Shown: positions 1-10,843 of the stretch, in pieces
Numbering within the stretch: the first letter of the stretch is position 1
Layout: each line of letters starts with the position of its first letter
DNA from: an uncultured Spirochaetota bacterium
GTDB taxonomy: Bacteria > Spirochaetota > UBA4802 > UBA5550
Length of the DNA stretch: 64,000 nt
Assembly (NCBI GenBank): GCA_963827275.1
Contig: CAWHAA010000005.1
Location: 32,001 to 96,000 of the forward strand
Reading direction: 5' to 3'
Position numbers and translations under genes: made by a program
The notes under the pieces: generated by a model
Database searches by the model: none
Told to the model about the DNA's origin: nothing
What the model saw: only the letters and a program-made list of their open reading frames with translations

Positions 1-164
1 CGGCTGACCGTGACGGCCTCCGTGCCGGCAACGGTCCTGGCGGGGTCGGAGACGGTTTCGCCGTCGATCTTCACCCATCCGGCCATGATCTCCCGCTTCG
101 CCTTTTCGCGGGTCGGGGAGAGGCCTGCCTGTGCCAGGTATACGTCCAGCCTTGTTTTTTTCAT
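1..164 (-). CDS. tlyA: TlyA-family RNA methyltransferase, N-terminal S4 domain (partial, runs off the window)
   Basis: Manual translation from ATG at 164 gives MKKTRLDVYLAQAGLSPTREKAKREIMAGWVKIDGE, a typical TlyA S4 start; lies directly downstream of dxs. Confidence 0.8.
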   Translation of the reverse strand, partial: MKKTRLDVYLAQAGLSPTREKAKREIMAGWVKIDGETVSDPARTVAGTEAVTVS

Positions 165-198
165 GGTATCCACCGCTGCGCGGGAGTCCGGCGGCGCG

Positions 199-2069
199 TC
201 ATTTCAGCAATTTCGCGAGCCGCTTCGCCAGGGATTCCGCGTCGATGCCGTGCATCTTGAAAAGCTCGTCGTTGCTGCCGTGGGGAATGAAGCTGTCGGG
301 GAACCCGGCGCAGAAGAGGAGCTTCTTCCTGAGGCTTCCCCTCACCGCGGCGAGCAGGGCCTCCCCGGCCCCGCCGGCAATGACGCCGTTTTCAAGGGTG
401 ATGGCGCACCTGACGCCGCCGAGGACCCGCTCGATCCCCCGCACGTCAAGGGGCTTTATGGTAAGGAGGTTGACGACCGCGGTGCCGATGCCGCGGTGGA
501 GCAGTATCTCGCGCACCCGGTGCGCGACCGCGACCATGTCGCCGAAGGTGAAGATGGCGAGGTCGCCGCCCGCGGTGAGCCTCCTGATCTTCCCCGGCAC
601 GAACCGGGCGCCTTCCTCGAAGCTGAAATCGCTTGCGCCCGCCCCGCCCCGGGGATAGCGAATCGCGACAGGGCCCTCGTCATGCCGCGCGGCGAAATAG
701 ATCATGTCGCGCAGCTCCTCCCCGCTTGACGGCGCCAGGAGGATGAAATTGGGTATGTTTTTAATGATGGCGATATCAAAGAGCCCGTGGTGGGTCTCGC
801 CGTCCTGGCCGACCGCCCCGGCGCGGTCGATGAGCAGCCTGACCGGCATGTTCATGATCCCGACGTCGTGGATGAGCTGGTCAACGGCCCGCTGCAAAAA
901 CGTCGAGTAGATCGACACGAAGGGCCTGATGCCGCTCGCGGTGAGCGCGCCGGCGAAGGTGATCGCGTGCTGCTCGGCGATGCCCACGTCGAAAAAGCGC
1001 TCCGGCGTCTTGTTCTCGAACTCGAAGAGGCCCGTCCCGAGCTTCATGGCCGCGGTGATCGCGACGATCTTCCTGTCGCTCTTCGCCAGGTGCGCGAGGG
1101 TCCTGCCGGCGATCTCGGAATAGGAGAGCGCTGCCGCTCCCGCGGGTGAGCCCGGTGGCCCGGTCGAAGGGGCCGATGCCGTGGAAGCGGGCCGGGTTCA
1201 TCTCCGCCGGGAGGTAGCCCTTCCCCTTTTTCGTGATGACATGGATGATCTTCGGGCCGTAATCGATCCTCCTGACGCGCTCGAGCGTCCCGATGAGCGA
1301 GGTGATGTCGTGCCCGTCGATGGGGCCGAAATAGCGGATGCCCATGTCCTCGAACAGCTGGCCCGGGATGAGCATCTTCTTGAAGCTTTCGAAGAACCGG
1401 GAGATGAAATTGAACAGCGCGCCGCCGACGCGCGGTATTTTTTTTACCATCTCCATCGACTTCCGCCGCACCTGGTTGTAGGTGGAGCTCGATATGATCC
1501 GGGTGAGGTAGCGGGACATGGCGCCCACGTTCTGGTTGATCGAATGCTCGTTGTCGTTCAGGATGATGATGAGATCGCTCTCGGTGTGGCCCATCTGGTT
1601 GATCGCCTCGAACGCCATGCCGCCGGTCAGCGACCCGTCCCCGATAATTGCGATCACCTTGTTTTTTTTACGGGTCAGGTCACGTCCCATCGCGGCGCCG
1701 CAGGCGAGGGAAAGGCTCGTGCTGCTGTGGCCCGTGTCGAAGGCGTCAAAGGCCGATTCGCGCCGCTTGGGAAAGCCCGCGATGCCGCCGAGGCGGCGGA
1801 TGTCCCGGAAGTCCTCGCGGCGCCCGGTCAGGATCTTGTGGGCGTAGCACTGGTGCCCGACGTCCCAGATGATCTTGTCGCTGCGGCGTGTTGAAGACGT
1901 AGTGGAGGGCGATGGTGAGCTCGACGACGCCCAGCGAGGAGGCCAGGTGCCCGCCATTGACGGAGATCACCTCGATGATATAGTCGCGCACTTCGGCGGC
2001 GAGCGCATCAAGGTCGCCCGCCGATAATTTCCTCAGGTCCTTAACGCCGTTGATTTTTTCAAGCAACAT
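199..2069 (-). CDS. dxs: 1-deoxy-D-xylulose-5-phosphate synthase, split over three ORFs by two frameshifts (probably sequence errors)
   Basis: [25 protein letters not shown] (1746-2069); [16 protein letters not shown] and [15 protein letters not shown] (881-1957); DVGIAEQHA and DGETHHG (199-1047). Confidence 0.93.
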
Positions 2070-2253
2070 TTACGTAGACCCCCCTGTCCCCCGGAGGGGG
2101 CATGTCAAACAGGCCATCCTTCCATTGTGCGCAACCAACGTGCCGGCCCCGTCATGCTCCGGCAGGCTGAATATGATATTTCGCATAACGTGACTATATA
2201 CAATATTGGATTAAACGGTCCGCTCCCGCGCGCCCCCGCGGGGGCCGGGCGGC

Positions 2254-3031
2254 TCAGGCAATGACCCTGCAAATGCCCTCGGTCCTGCCTTCCTTATTCA
2301 CCTCGAACACCGCCGCGTTGATCTTACTGTTCCCCTCGGCGACTTCGAATTTCACCCTGGTGAAGGTGAGGAAGCGTTTCATGGAATTTTCCTTGTTGAT
2401 CCCGATGACCGAATTGAACGAACCGGTCATGCCGAGATCGGTGATGAACCCGGTCCCGCCGGGCAGGACCTCCTCGTCCGCGGTCATCACGTGCGTGTGG
2501 GTGCCGAACACGACCGATGCCCTGCCGTCCACGTACCACCCGAAGGCCCGCTTTTCGGAGGTCGCCTCCGCGTGCAGGTCGACGACGATGATGTCCGCCC
2601 TGTCCTTGACCTCGTCGTAGATCGCATCGAACTTCTTGAACGGGCAGTCGATCGGCTCCATGAAGAGCCGTCCCTGGAGGTTGATGACGCAGACCCTGAA
2701 GCCCTTCCGCTCGATGATATGGTGCCCGTGCCCCCTGAGCCCCGCGGGATAGTTCGCCGGCCTGAGCAGGGCCGGCTCGGTCGATGATCTTCAGGGCCTC
2801 GCTGTTGTCCCAGATATGGTTGCCGGTGGTGATGACGTCCACGCCGCCGGAGAAGAACTCCTGCGCGATGTCCGGCGTGATCGACTTGCCCCCGGCGGAA
2901 TTCTCGCCGTTGACGATCACCAGGCCGATCCGGTGCGTGTCGATGATGCCCTGGAGCTTGTCCTTCAGCACCTGGCGACCGGGCCGTCCGACGATGTCGC
3001 CGACGGCGAGTATTTTTATTGTCTGAGCCAT
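2254..3031 (-). CDS. ymdB: YmdB/TIGR00282-family metallophosphoesterase (one frameshift near 2760)
   Basis: GDIVGRPGR, NGENSAGG, TTGNHIWD, VDLHAEATSEK and GTHTHV motifs; follows rny. Confidence 0.9.
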
Positions 3032-3094
3032 GTCACCCAGAATGCGGGGTTCATCCGCTCTCAATATTCGGCACGGTAGCCTTCAACCGGCCAT

Positions 3095-4632
3095 TTACTT
3101 CGCGTACTCTATGATCCTGGTCTCCCGTATGACCGTCACCTTCACGATGCCCGGGTACTTGAGCTCGGACTCGATCTTGGTGGCGACTTCTTTCGCGATC
3201 CCTTCGGCCTTTTCGTCGCTGACGATGGAATTGTCCACGATGACGCGGAGCTCGCGGCCGGCCTGGATGGCGTAGCACTTTTCCACGCCCTTGAAGGCCA
3301 GGGCTATCTGCTCAAGGTTGTCGAGCCGCTTGAGATAGGTCTCGAGCGATTCCTTGCGCGCGCCCGGGCGCGAGGCGGAGATGGCGTCCGCGACCTGCAC
3401 CAGGACCGCCTCGAAGGACTCCGGCTCCCGGTCGTTGTGGTGCGAGGCGATCGCGTTCACGCACTTGTCGCCCTCGCCGAACTTCTTGGCCAGCTCCGAC
3501 CCCACGATGGCGTGGGCGCCCTCGCCCTCGACCACGCTCCCCTTGCCGATGTCGTGGAGGAGCCCGGCGCGCTTGGCCAGGTGCACGTCGAGCTTCAGCT
3601 CGCCCGCCATGATGCCCGCCATGTTGGCCACCTCGAGGCTGTGCGAGAGGACGTTCTGCCCGTAGCTCGACCGGTACTTCAGCTTGCCCAGGTTGTAGAG
3701 CGCCTCCTTGGCAAGGCCCGTGATCCCGAGCTGGTAGGCCGCCTTCTCGCCCTTCGTCGAGCATGTTCTCTTCTATTTCAGTGGTGACCTTCTCGACCAC
3801 CTCCTCGATCCGCGCCGGGTGGATACGGCCGTTCTGGATGAGCCGCTCGAGGGAGAGGCGGGCTATCTCGCGCCGCACCGGGTCGAAGCCCGAAATGACG
3901 ACCACCTCCGGGGTGTCGTCGATGATCATGTCCACGCCCGTGAGGTTTTCAAGGGTGCGGATGTTGCGGCCCTCGCGGCCGATGATCCGCCCCTTCATCT
4001 CGTCGGACGGCAGGGAGACCGTGGTGATGGTGCTCTCGGAGGTGTAGTCCGAGGCGTTGCGCTGGATCGCGGTGATGATGATCTCTTTCGCCTTCTTCTC
4101 CGCGGCCCGCTTCGCCTCCTCCTCGATCTTGTTGATGATCTTGGAAGCCTCGAACTTGGTCTCGTTCTCCAGGTTCTTCAACAATACCTGCTTCGCCTCG
4201 TCGGACGTCATGCCGGCGACGCGCTCGAGCTCCTTCTTGTGGCGCTCGAATTCCTTCCGGAGCTCCTCCTCTTTCTCGACGGTTCTCCTGCTCTTTGATC
4301 TTCAGCACCTTTTCCTGCTTGTCGATCTGGTCCAGGCGCTTGTCGATGGTCTCCTCTTTCTGCTGCAGCCGCTTCTCGACGTTCTGGAGCTCCTGCCGCC
4401 GGTCGCGGCCCTCTTTCTCCAGCGCGTTCTTTTCTTTCAGGAGCTGGTCCTTCGCTTCAAGGAGCAGCTCCTTCCGCTTGTTCTCCGCGTCCTTGACCGC
4501 GTCCTGGACGATCCGCTGGGACTTCGCCTCCGCGGAGCTGAGCTTTATCCTTCCAAGATATGCGCGGAAAGCATATCCCACTGTTCCTACGATCGGGAGA
4601 GCTATTATAAGAATGATTGTCAATAGCGTCAT
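3095..4632 (-). CDS. rny: Ribonuclease Y (two frameshifts)
   Basis: N-terminal TM helix, coiled coil, KH motif [15 protein letters not shown] motif [19 protein letters not shown]. Confidence 0.93.
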
Positions 4633-4790
4633 ATAAAACCTCCTGTCCCCCAAGTAATATCCGCCCCGGGCCGGGCCGCATGCGCGGGCCGTTCACGGGG
4701 AGCAATGCCCGTCCGCGTGTCGTTGCGACAGACGCGCACGGGGCACCCGTTGTGCCGCCGTAACGGCGGCATGCCGCCGCTGACCAGGGG

Positions 4791-5279
4791 TCAGCGCTGC
4801 ATGGAGGAGTATTTCTTCTGGATCTTTTGTATGACGAATTGCGGGACCAGGCTGGTGAGATCACCGTTATAGCTCGCGATTTCCTTGACCATTTTCGAAG
4901 AAATAAAAGCATATTCTCCTTTAGTCATCAGGAAAATCGTTTCAATCTCAGGTGCGAGTTTATTGTTCACGGAGGCGTTCGTCATTTCGTATTCGAAGTC
5001 TGTAATGTTCCGTACCCCGCGAATGATATAATCTATCCTCTGTGATTTGCAAAACTCAACCAGTAAACCCGAAAATGAAACAACATCTATTGAGCTGTCA
5101 TCCTTATACTTAAGATTTATGATCTCTAATCTCTCCTCGACTGTGAAGAGAGGTTGTTTCTCGCGATTGATCGCTATTGCCACTACCAGCTTATCACAAA
5201 GCCCCCTGGACCGCTCGATTATATCGAGATGTCCGTTTGTTAAAGGGTCAAAGGATCCTGGATAAATCCCAATCCGCAT
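4791..5279 (-). CDS. coaD: Phosphopantetheine adenylyltransferase
   Basis: MRIGIYPGSFDPLTNGHLDII...IIRGVR...ISSKMVKEIA. Confidence 0.95.
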   Translation of the reverse strand: MRIGIYPGSFDPLTNGHLDIIERSRGLCDKLVVAIAINREKQPLFTVEERLEIINLKYKDDSSIDVVSFSGLLVEFCKSQRIDYIIRGVRNITDFEYEMTNASVNNKLAPEIETIFLMTKGEYAFISSKMVKEIASYNGDLTSLVPQFVIQKIQKKYSSMQR

Positions 5280-5413
5280 ATATAATCCAATTACTCCAGT
5301 CACCGCTAATTTAACAGGTGTATCAATCCTGTCAAGAATTATATTACTATACTGATATTAACTATCGTATAGTAAAATCCGGCATAAACAATAAACCTGT
5401 CATTTTGGCCGGG

Positions 5414-5893
5414 TTACATCATGTCCCGTCTCATGAACGTGACCGCGCCGGCATACCGCTTTTTCCAGTAGGGATTTCTCATGTCAGTGCTGGTCACCCG
5501 CTTGCCGGAGCTCGGCGCGTGGATGAACCGGCGGCCCCCCATGTAGATGCCCACGTGCGACAGGCGGCGCTTCTTCGATGTCCTGAAAAACACCAGGTCA
5601 CCCGGCTTCGCCTGCCCGAGACGCACCGGCCTGCCCGCGTGATACTGGCCCTTCACCGAACGCGGCAGGAGGATGCCGTTTTTCTTGTATACGTACATGA
5701 CGTATCCCGAACAGTCGAACCCCCGCGGCGATTCCCCGCCGTAGCGGTACGGCACTCCCCTGTATTTCTCCGCGGTACGGACAATGCGGCTGCCCTGGTC
5801 CATGCGGGTGAACCAGCCTGTGCTGGCGCAGCCCGTCAGGTTCACAACCGCTATTGCCAATAGCAATGATGCTGAAAAAAGCCGTTTTTTCAT
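5414..5893 (-). CDS. NlpC/P60 (C40) peptidase lipoprotein
   Basis: Lipobox LTGC; PYRYGG...GFDCSG and SHVGIY...FIHAPS motifs. Confidence 0.9.
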   Translation of the reverse strand: MKKRLFSASLLLAIAVVNLTGCASTGWFTRMDQGSRIVRTAEKYRGVPYRYGGESPRGFDCSGYVMYVYKKNGILLPRSVKGQYHAGRPVRLGQAKPGDLVFFRTSKKRRLSHVGIYMGGRRFIHAPSSGKRVTSTDMRNPYWKKRYAGAVTFMRRDMM

Positions 5894-6084
5894 TATCCAA
5901 TACCGTTGGCCGGCCCTATCGCAGGGATGCCCTGAGACCGGGCGGGTCCAGTATATATATCGTACCAATATGTGGGGATATGAATCAATTAATGATGCCA
6001 CCGATCATGGGGAGGGTGTGCGCGGGAGCCGCTTTGCTATTCCCTCTATCGCCGGGCGGCGAGATGGGCCGGCCCGGGCCCTGG

Positions 6085-6118
6085 CATAGGGGGGCCGTTA
6101 CACGACGGCCCCCCTATG
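6085..6118. repeat. Perfect 14-bp inverted repeat (hairpin) at the left edge of the island
   Basis: CATAGGGGGGCCGT-tacacg-ACGGCCCCCCTATG. Confidence 0.8.
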
Positions 6119-6303
6119 AACCCCCCGCGTGGTCGCTCAAACGCCGCGACTGCCTCCGGGCGTAACTCGTGCGAATCCCGCTTCGCGGGAATTCGCCCTC
6201 ATACAGACGCCCGATTGGTTTGTCCGCCTTCGGCGGACGTTTTAATGGCTTTGTTCTGGAATGTAATACGTTATTGAGGAAGTTGTGGCCAGAAGACGCA
6301 TAC

Positions 6304-6463
6304 TGTCCGCTTCGATGGCGTTGACGCGCCGATCTCGCAACGCCGCACCTCGTGTGCGGCGAATGACAGCATAGCAATGACATAAGTTTTTGACCAGAAT
6401 AGCAATCCCGCATAATACACAGACGCCCGAATTGTCCGCTTCGATGGCGCTGACGCGCCGATC
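6304..6463. repeat. 31-bp direct repeat, two copies 129 bp apart
   Basis: TGTCCGCTTCGATGGCG(T/C)TGACGCGCCGATC at 6304 and 6433; partial related copy at ~6203-6230. Confidence 0.75.
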
Positions 6464-6539
6464 GAAGCGAGGCTTCTCCCGGACGATCCCCGCACCGCTT
6501 GTCATGATCTTTCCGGAAGGCCATACCTCAAGCGCGGCA

Positions 6540-6650
6540 CGCCAGTCAGGATGACTTAGTGCGGCGCTCGCACAGGAGGTGCGAAAAAAGCGCCGCCCCG
6601 TCAACCTGGCTTCGCCAGGTTTGGCCATGCGTGGGCACGAGGCGAAGTTT
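6540..6650 (+). repeat. Eroded attC-like site (right arm)
   Basis: CAACCTGGCTTCGCCAGGTT-tggccatgc...acgaggcg aligns with the end of the 13047-13220 site (CAACCTGGCTTCGCCAGGTT-cggctatgc...gttaggcg); also carries the double-AGGA hairpin module seen at 23276. Confidence 0.65.
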
Positions 6651-6729
6651 ACCAGCATATCCAAAATATTAATATTGACATGCATCTACCATGTATATAT
6701 ATTGTATATACTCAATAAAGAGGTGCCGC

Positions 6730-6957
6730 ATGATAAAAAGAATGGTGCAACATGGAAATAGCTCTGCTCTGATAATTGATAAACCCATAATGGAGCTATT
6801 AAATATTGGCCCTGAAACGCCGCTGGAGATCGCTACCGATGGCCAAAATATTATAATTTCACCGGTGCATGACTCCACAAGAATGGACCGGCTGGAAAAG
6901 GCATTGGGAAAGATCAATAAAAAACATAACTCTACCTTAAGAAAATTGGCCAAATGA
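6730..6957 (+). CDS. AbrB/MazE-type antitoxin
   Basis: MIKRMVQHGNSSALIIDKPIMELLNIG; RBS GAGGT; overlaps the doc start (ATGA). Confidence 0.85.
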   Translation: MIKRMVQHGNSSALIIDKPIMELLNIGPETPLEIATDGQNIIISPVHDSTRMDRLEKALGKINKKHNSTLRKLAK

Positions 6958-7349
6958 CACAAAGACCAATTGAATTTATAACCCTGGCAGAAGTTATTGA
7001 AATACATAAAGATCAAACAAGACTCTATGGCGGCCCCGAAGGCATCAGGGATGTTAATCTGCTAACTTCAGCGTTAGCCCTGCCCAAATCTACATTCGAT
7101 GGGGAATACCTGCATAAAAATATATTTGAAATGGCGGCAGCATATGCCTGTCACCTGTGCCAGAACCATCCGTTCATTGACGGGAATAAGCGGGTGGCCC
7201 TGGTGACTGCCCTGGTGTTTTTAGAATTTAATGGCATTGAAATCGATGATCCAAAGGGGCTCTTATATAATGCCATGATGAATATTTCGGAAGGTAAAGC
7301 CGGGAAAAAACAAATAGAAGATATCTTCCGCAAATTGTCAAACAACTGA
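6954..7349 (+). CDS. doc: Doc/Fic-family toxin (death-on-curing)
   Basis: Fic/Doc motif HPFIDGNKR; GIRDVNLLTSAL. Confidence 0.9.
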   Translation: MTQRPIEFITLAEVIEIHKDQTRLYGGPEGIRDVNLLTSALALPKSTFDGEYLHKNIFEMAAAYACHLCQNHPFIDGNKRVALVTALVFLEFNGIEIDDPKGLLYNAMMNISEGKAGKKQIEDIFRKLSNN

Positions 7350-7392
7350 CCTGTAATATTATTATAAACCAGATGACTTATGGCAATAAGCC

Positions 7393-7470
7393 GGTAAAAA
7401 CTTCACGCAACTAACACTGCCCTGCTTTTTGTGGCCACGAAAAGCGGCCCCGTGCCCCGCCTTTCCGGCA
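7393..7470 (+). repeat. Eroded attC-like site (left arm) closing the AbrB/Doc unit
   Basis: GGTAAAAACTTCACGCAAC is complementary to the unit start GCGAAGTTTACC; GGCCACGAAAA and CGCCTTTCCG are shared with the 180-bp attC sites. Confidence 0.5.
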
Positions 7471-7541
7471 ACTGTAGCGAAGCAGAGTCAAAAATGCATA
7501 TCAGCGGACAGCTGTGCTAAAATCCGGAATAACGAGCACCC

Positions 7542-8663
7542 TCACAACGGGCTCCGGATGCCCTTAAGCTGCGGATCATAGACCTTTGTATATATCGAAG
7601 TCGTGGTTATGTTCTTATGGCCGAGCAGCGCCTGTATGTGCCGAAGCGATATGCCGTTCTCGAGCAGGTGCGTGGCAAATGTATGCCGGAGGTCATGCGG
7701 CGACGCCTTTTTATTGATGCCGGCCTCCCTGAGCGCCCTCTCCAGCACCTTCTGCACTGTCCTTCCGGAAAGGGCATGGTGCCTTCCCTGCCTGTCCGTG
7801 CCGGACGAAAGGAATATGAACTCGTCACCACGCTTCCCATCCATAAACCGTCTCAGGTCATCGACAATCTTATCGGAAAAAATGGTGATGCGGTCTTTTT
7901 TCCCCTTCCCCTCCTTCACGTGAATCGACAGGCGCTCACAATCGACGTCCCGCACCCTCAGGCTGAGCAACTCGGAGAGCCTGAGCCCGGACGAGTAAAT
8001 AAGCGCGATCATTGTCCGGTGCTTCAGGTTTTTTATGCTGTCCAATATTCTCGCAATCTCGCCCCGGGTAAACACCACCGGAAGGTGCTTCGAATTCCGC
8101 ACTCCTTCAACAAACGAGAGGTCGATTGTCATGTTCAACATGTTATTAAAATAATACGCGAGCGCGAACCTGTACACTCGTACCGTCGATGCGGATGCTT
8201 CCCTGTCATTATTCAGATAAAGAAAAAACGCGCGGAAATCTGCATGATCCATATCGTCAATGTGTTTATTTTTTTTTGCCATGCTCCAGGCATGGATCAT
8301 TCGCACCGCGCTTAAATAAATTTTTATGGTTTTCCGCGAATATCGTTTCAACTTGAGCGTTTCTTCAAACTCTGTATACTGCCGCGGCAGTGACATCGGT
8401 TGCGCCACACTATTCCCGGACGCAGACACAACGGCCTTATCATTATCCTCATTTGGAAACCATGTTTCGATCTCTTTAAAAGCATTACGATATACACCGA
8501 GCGTTTTTTGAAAATAATCGCGCACCAGCAGAAAATCCCCGTAGCTAATTCTACTCCTGTTTCTTTCAAAAAACTCCATAATATTTTGGTTAGATATAAA
8601 CATTGCCTTTTTCCATGAATATTTCTCCAGCAACATCCCCAATATTCCATTTTCCATTCGCAT
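7542..8663 (-). CDS. Integron-like site-specific tyrosine recombinase lacking the canonical IntI insertion (start could lie up to 8744)
   Basis: N-terminal SAM-like domain (LKRYSRKTIKIY); full catalytic set in GLRLSE, GKGKKDR, HDLRHTFATHLLE, LLGH and IYT; divergent from the cassette array. Confidence 0.9.
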   Translation of the reverse strand: MRMENGILGMLLEKYSWKKAMFISNQNIMEFFERNRSRISYGDFLLVRDYFQKTLGVYRNAFKEIETWFPNEDNDKAVVSASGNSVAQPMSLPRQYTEFEETLKLKRYSRKTIKIYLSAVRMIHAWSMAKKNKHIDDMDHADFRAFFLYLNNDREASASTVRVYRFALAYYFNNMLNMTIDLSFVEGVRNSKHLPVVFTRGEIARILDSIKNLKHRTMIALIYSSGLRLSELLSLRVRDVDCERLSIHVKEGKGKKDRITIFSDKIVDDLRRFMDGKRGDEFIFLSSGTDRQGRHHALSGRTVQKVLERALREAGINKKASPHDLRHTFATHLLENGISLRHIQALLGHKNITTTSIYTKVYDPQLKGIRSPL

Positions 8664-8765
8664 CACCCCCCACATGTTTTCAACTACCATATCAGACCAT
8701 GATAATAAACGAATGGGAGGTTCGTTTAATAAAACATTATTCAATAAATTATGAATTTTTTCTTA

Positions 8766-8794
8766 TTGACTTTCGGCTCGCCTAACAGTAGCCT
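8766..8794 (+). promoter_or_regulatory. Candidate Pc-like promoter reading into the array
   Basis: TTGACT-17 bp-TAGCCT, about 30 bp upstream of the first cassette. Confidence 0.55.
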
Positions 8795-8833
8795 TAAAAA
8801 ATCATTAAGAAATTCGGACAATTTTAGTTAAAC
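8795..8833 (+). other. attI-like site, crossover G/TTAAAC at 8827/8828
   Basis: The repeated cassette sequence begins exactly at TTAAAC with no attC upstream; context AATTCGGACAATTTTAG/TTAAAC. Confidence 0.75.
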
Positions 8834-9300
8834 GCCATTTCGAGCGGCGGCCGCGGTTTTTTTGTTATAAATAAAAGAAAAAAATAGGGTTGGCTTTTCT
8901 TTCGATCATATAATAATTAAGGCAATAATCTTTTCGTTCGGTTGCAGCTTAACATTACGCGGCCGCCTCTGGGCTCGCAGGTCTCTCAGTATCGTTTTAT
9001 TGGGTCTTTCTGTTGATTCATAGATATGGGATAACCGACTGACGATATTGGTATGCAACTACTGTCGGTTGCAATACATCGCATAAAGCTTTAACTGGCA
9101 GGTCCTGCGATCCCAGTCGAAACGGCGCTTAACAAAGCATGGGGCGCTGCGCGCGGCCACGAAAATTTAGACGCTGTGGCCGCGCTTGGCCTCGCGCCTT
9201 TCCGCCAGCGGCGGTACTGATTGGCGGATGTTCTAACGCACCGCCACTGGCGGGGCGCTCGGCACACCGCCCTGCGGGCGGCGTCGCCCATGCTTGGACG
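8828..9300 (+). repeat. ORF-less structured cassette, copy 1 (variant A)
   Basis: Near-identical to the units at 9301, 10838, 11310, 15024 and 19074. Confidence 0.9.
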
Positions 9301-9306
9301 TTAAAC
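9127..9306 (+). repeat. attC-like site 1 (180 bp)
   Basis: GCTTAAC-A-AAGCATGGG...CCCATGCTT-GGAC-GTTAAAC. Confidence 0.85.
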
Positions 9307-9772
9307 GCCATTTCGAGCGGCGGCCGCGGTTTTTTTGTTATGAATAAAAGAAAAAAGAGGGTTGGCTTTTCTTTCGATCATATAATAATTAAGGCAATAG
9401 TCTTTTCGTTCGGTTGTAGCTTAACATTACGCGGCCGCCTCTGGGCTCGCAGGTCTCTCAGTATCGTTTTATTGGGTCTTTCTGTTGATTCATAGATATG
9501 GGATAACCGACTGACAATATTGGTGTGCAACTATTGTCGGTTGCACTACATCGCATAAAGCCTTAACAGACAGGTCCTGCGATCCCAGTCGAAACGGCGT
9601 TTAACAAAGCATGGGGCGCTGCGCGCGGCCACGAAAATTTAGACGCTGTGGCCGCGCTTGGCCTCGCGCCTTTCCGCCAGCGGCGGTGCTGATTGGCGGA
9701 TGTTCTAACGCACCGCCACTGGCGGGGCGCTCGGCACACCGCCCTTCGGGCGGCGTCGGCCATGCTTGGACG
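9301..9772 (+). repeat. ORF-less structured cassette, copy 2 (variant B)
   Basis: Direct repeat of 8828-9300 with diagnostic substitutions. Confidence 0.9.
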
Positions 9773-9778
9773 TTAAGC
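9599..9778 (+). repeat. attC-like site 2 (180 bp)
   Basis: GTTTAAC...GTTAAGC. Confidence 0.85.
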
Positions 9779-9891
9779 GCAATACAGCGCTGGCTTTGGG
9801 TTGGCTTTATGGTTGGTCCGGCCTCCTGCCGGCCTTTAATTATGAATTTCATTTTTAAAATATTCTTTTTCATTATTATAGGTTTTTATAT

Positions 9892-10605
9892 ATGAAAAGA
9901 TTAATTACTATTCTATCAATAACTTTCACTTTAATTTATTGTGAAAAATCTTATTCTAATTATTATCTGGGTCCTTATATATCTGTAGCTGTAGGTCAAA
10001 TGGCTCATACACAATCTTCAATTCGAGAAGTTTATGATAATTATATTTTTGGCGGAGGTGGAATCTTCCAAACATCGATTTATCGACGAGGTTTATATAA
10101 TTATAGATTAAATTTTTGTTTCGAAAAGATTTATATACCACATACGACCAAACTTGGAACTGATTTTAGAAATACAATTCGAGGAAATTTAATTAATACA
10201 ATTGCTTATTCAATTTATAAAAAAAGGAATTATAATTTATGGATCGGGCCGCAAATCGGTCTTCATATTTTATGGGGCGACAATTATCTAAGTGATAATA
10301 AATATAATAAATTGAATACGATCCTCATTTCATCAATAATAATGAATCCTGAACTACCACTAATCATTTTACTATATTCTTCGAATAATTATGTGAAATT
10401 TACTGATTTTATTTTTAGTTTTGCTCCGGAAATTGGCATTGATATAAATGCAACAGACTTTTTAATTATATCATTGGAAAGTGGATTGAGAGTAGGTATT
10501 CATTTGCCAACAAATAAAATATCTAGCTCTGTTACATTGTATAGATTTGAAGGATTTTTTAATCTTTCATTTTTATTTAGAATTAACAAAGAAGAAAATA
10601 CATAA
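9892..10605 (+). CDS. Cassette-encoded hypothetical exported protein, possibly an outer-membrane beta-barrel
   Basis: Signal-peptide-like N-terminus; alternating aromatic/hydrophobic strands; single ORF in cassette 9773-10837. Confidence 0.65.
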   Translation: MKRLITILSITFTLIYCEKSYSNYYLGPYISVAVGQMAHTQSSIREVYDNYIFGGGGIFQTSIYRRGLYNYRLNFCFEKIYIPHTTKLGTDFRNTIRGNLINTIAYSIYKKRNYNLWIGPQIGLHILWGDNYLSDNKYNKLNTILISSIIMNPELPLIILLYSSNNYVKFTDFIFSFAPEIGIDINATDFLIISLESGLRVGIHLPTNKISSSVTLYRFEGFFNLSFLFRINKEENT

Positions 10606-10663
10606 TTTTATTATGCCGCCGCCGTCCTGACGGCGGCAACTTGAACTGGGAGCGCTGTACTGC

Positions 10664-10843
10664 GCTTAACAAAGCATGGGACGCTGCGCGCGGCCACGAA
10701 AATTTAGACGCTGTGGCCGCGCTTGGCCTCGCGCCTTTCCGCCAGCGGCGGTGCCGATTGGCGGATGTTCTAACGCACCGCCACTGGCGGGGCGCTCGGC
10801 ACACCGCCCTTCGGGCGGCGTCGCCCATGCTTGAACGTTAAAC
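10664..10843 (+). repeat. attC-like site 3 (180 bp)
   Basis: GCTTAAC...GTTAAAC. Confidence 0.85.

Noticed and set aside
8890..8915. Internal promoter in the ORF-less cassette
   Set aside because: TATAAT is present but the nearest -35-like TTGGCT is only 13 bp away
9340..9495. 51-aa peptide MNKRKKRVGFSFDH in the ORF-less cassette
   Set aside because: The ATG is ATA in copies 1, 3 and 5, copies 1 and 6 have early stops, and there is no RBS; translation is unlikely though not excluded
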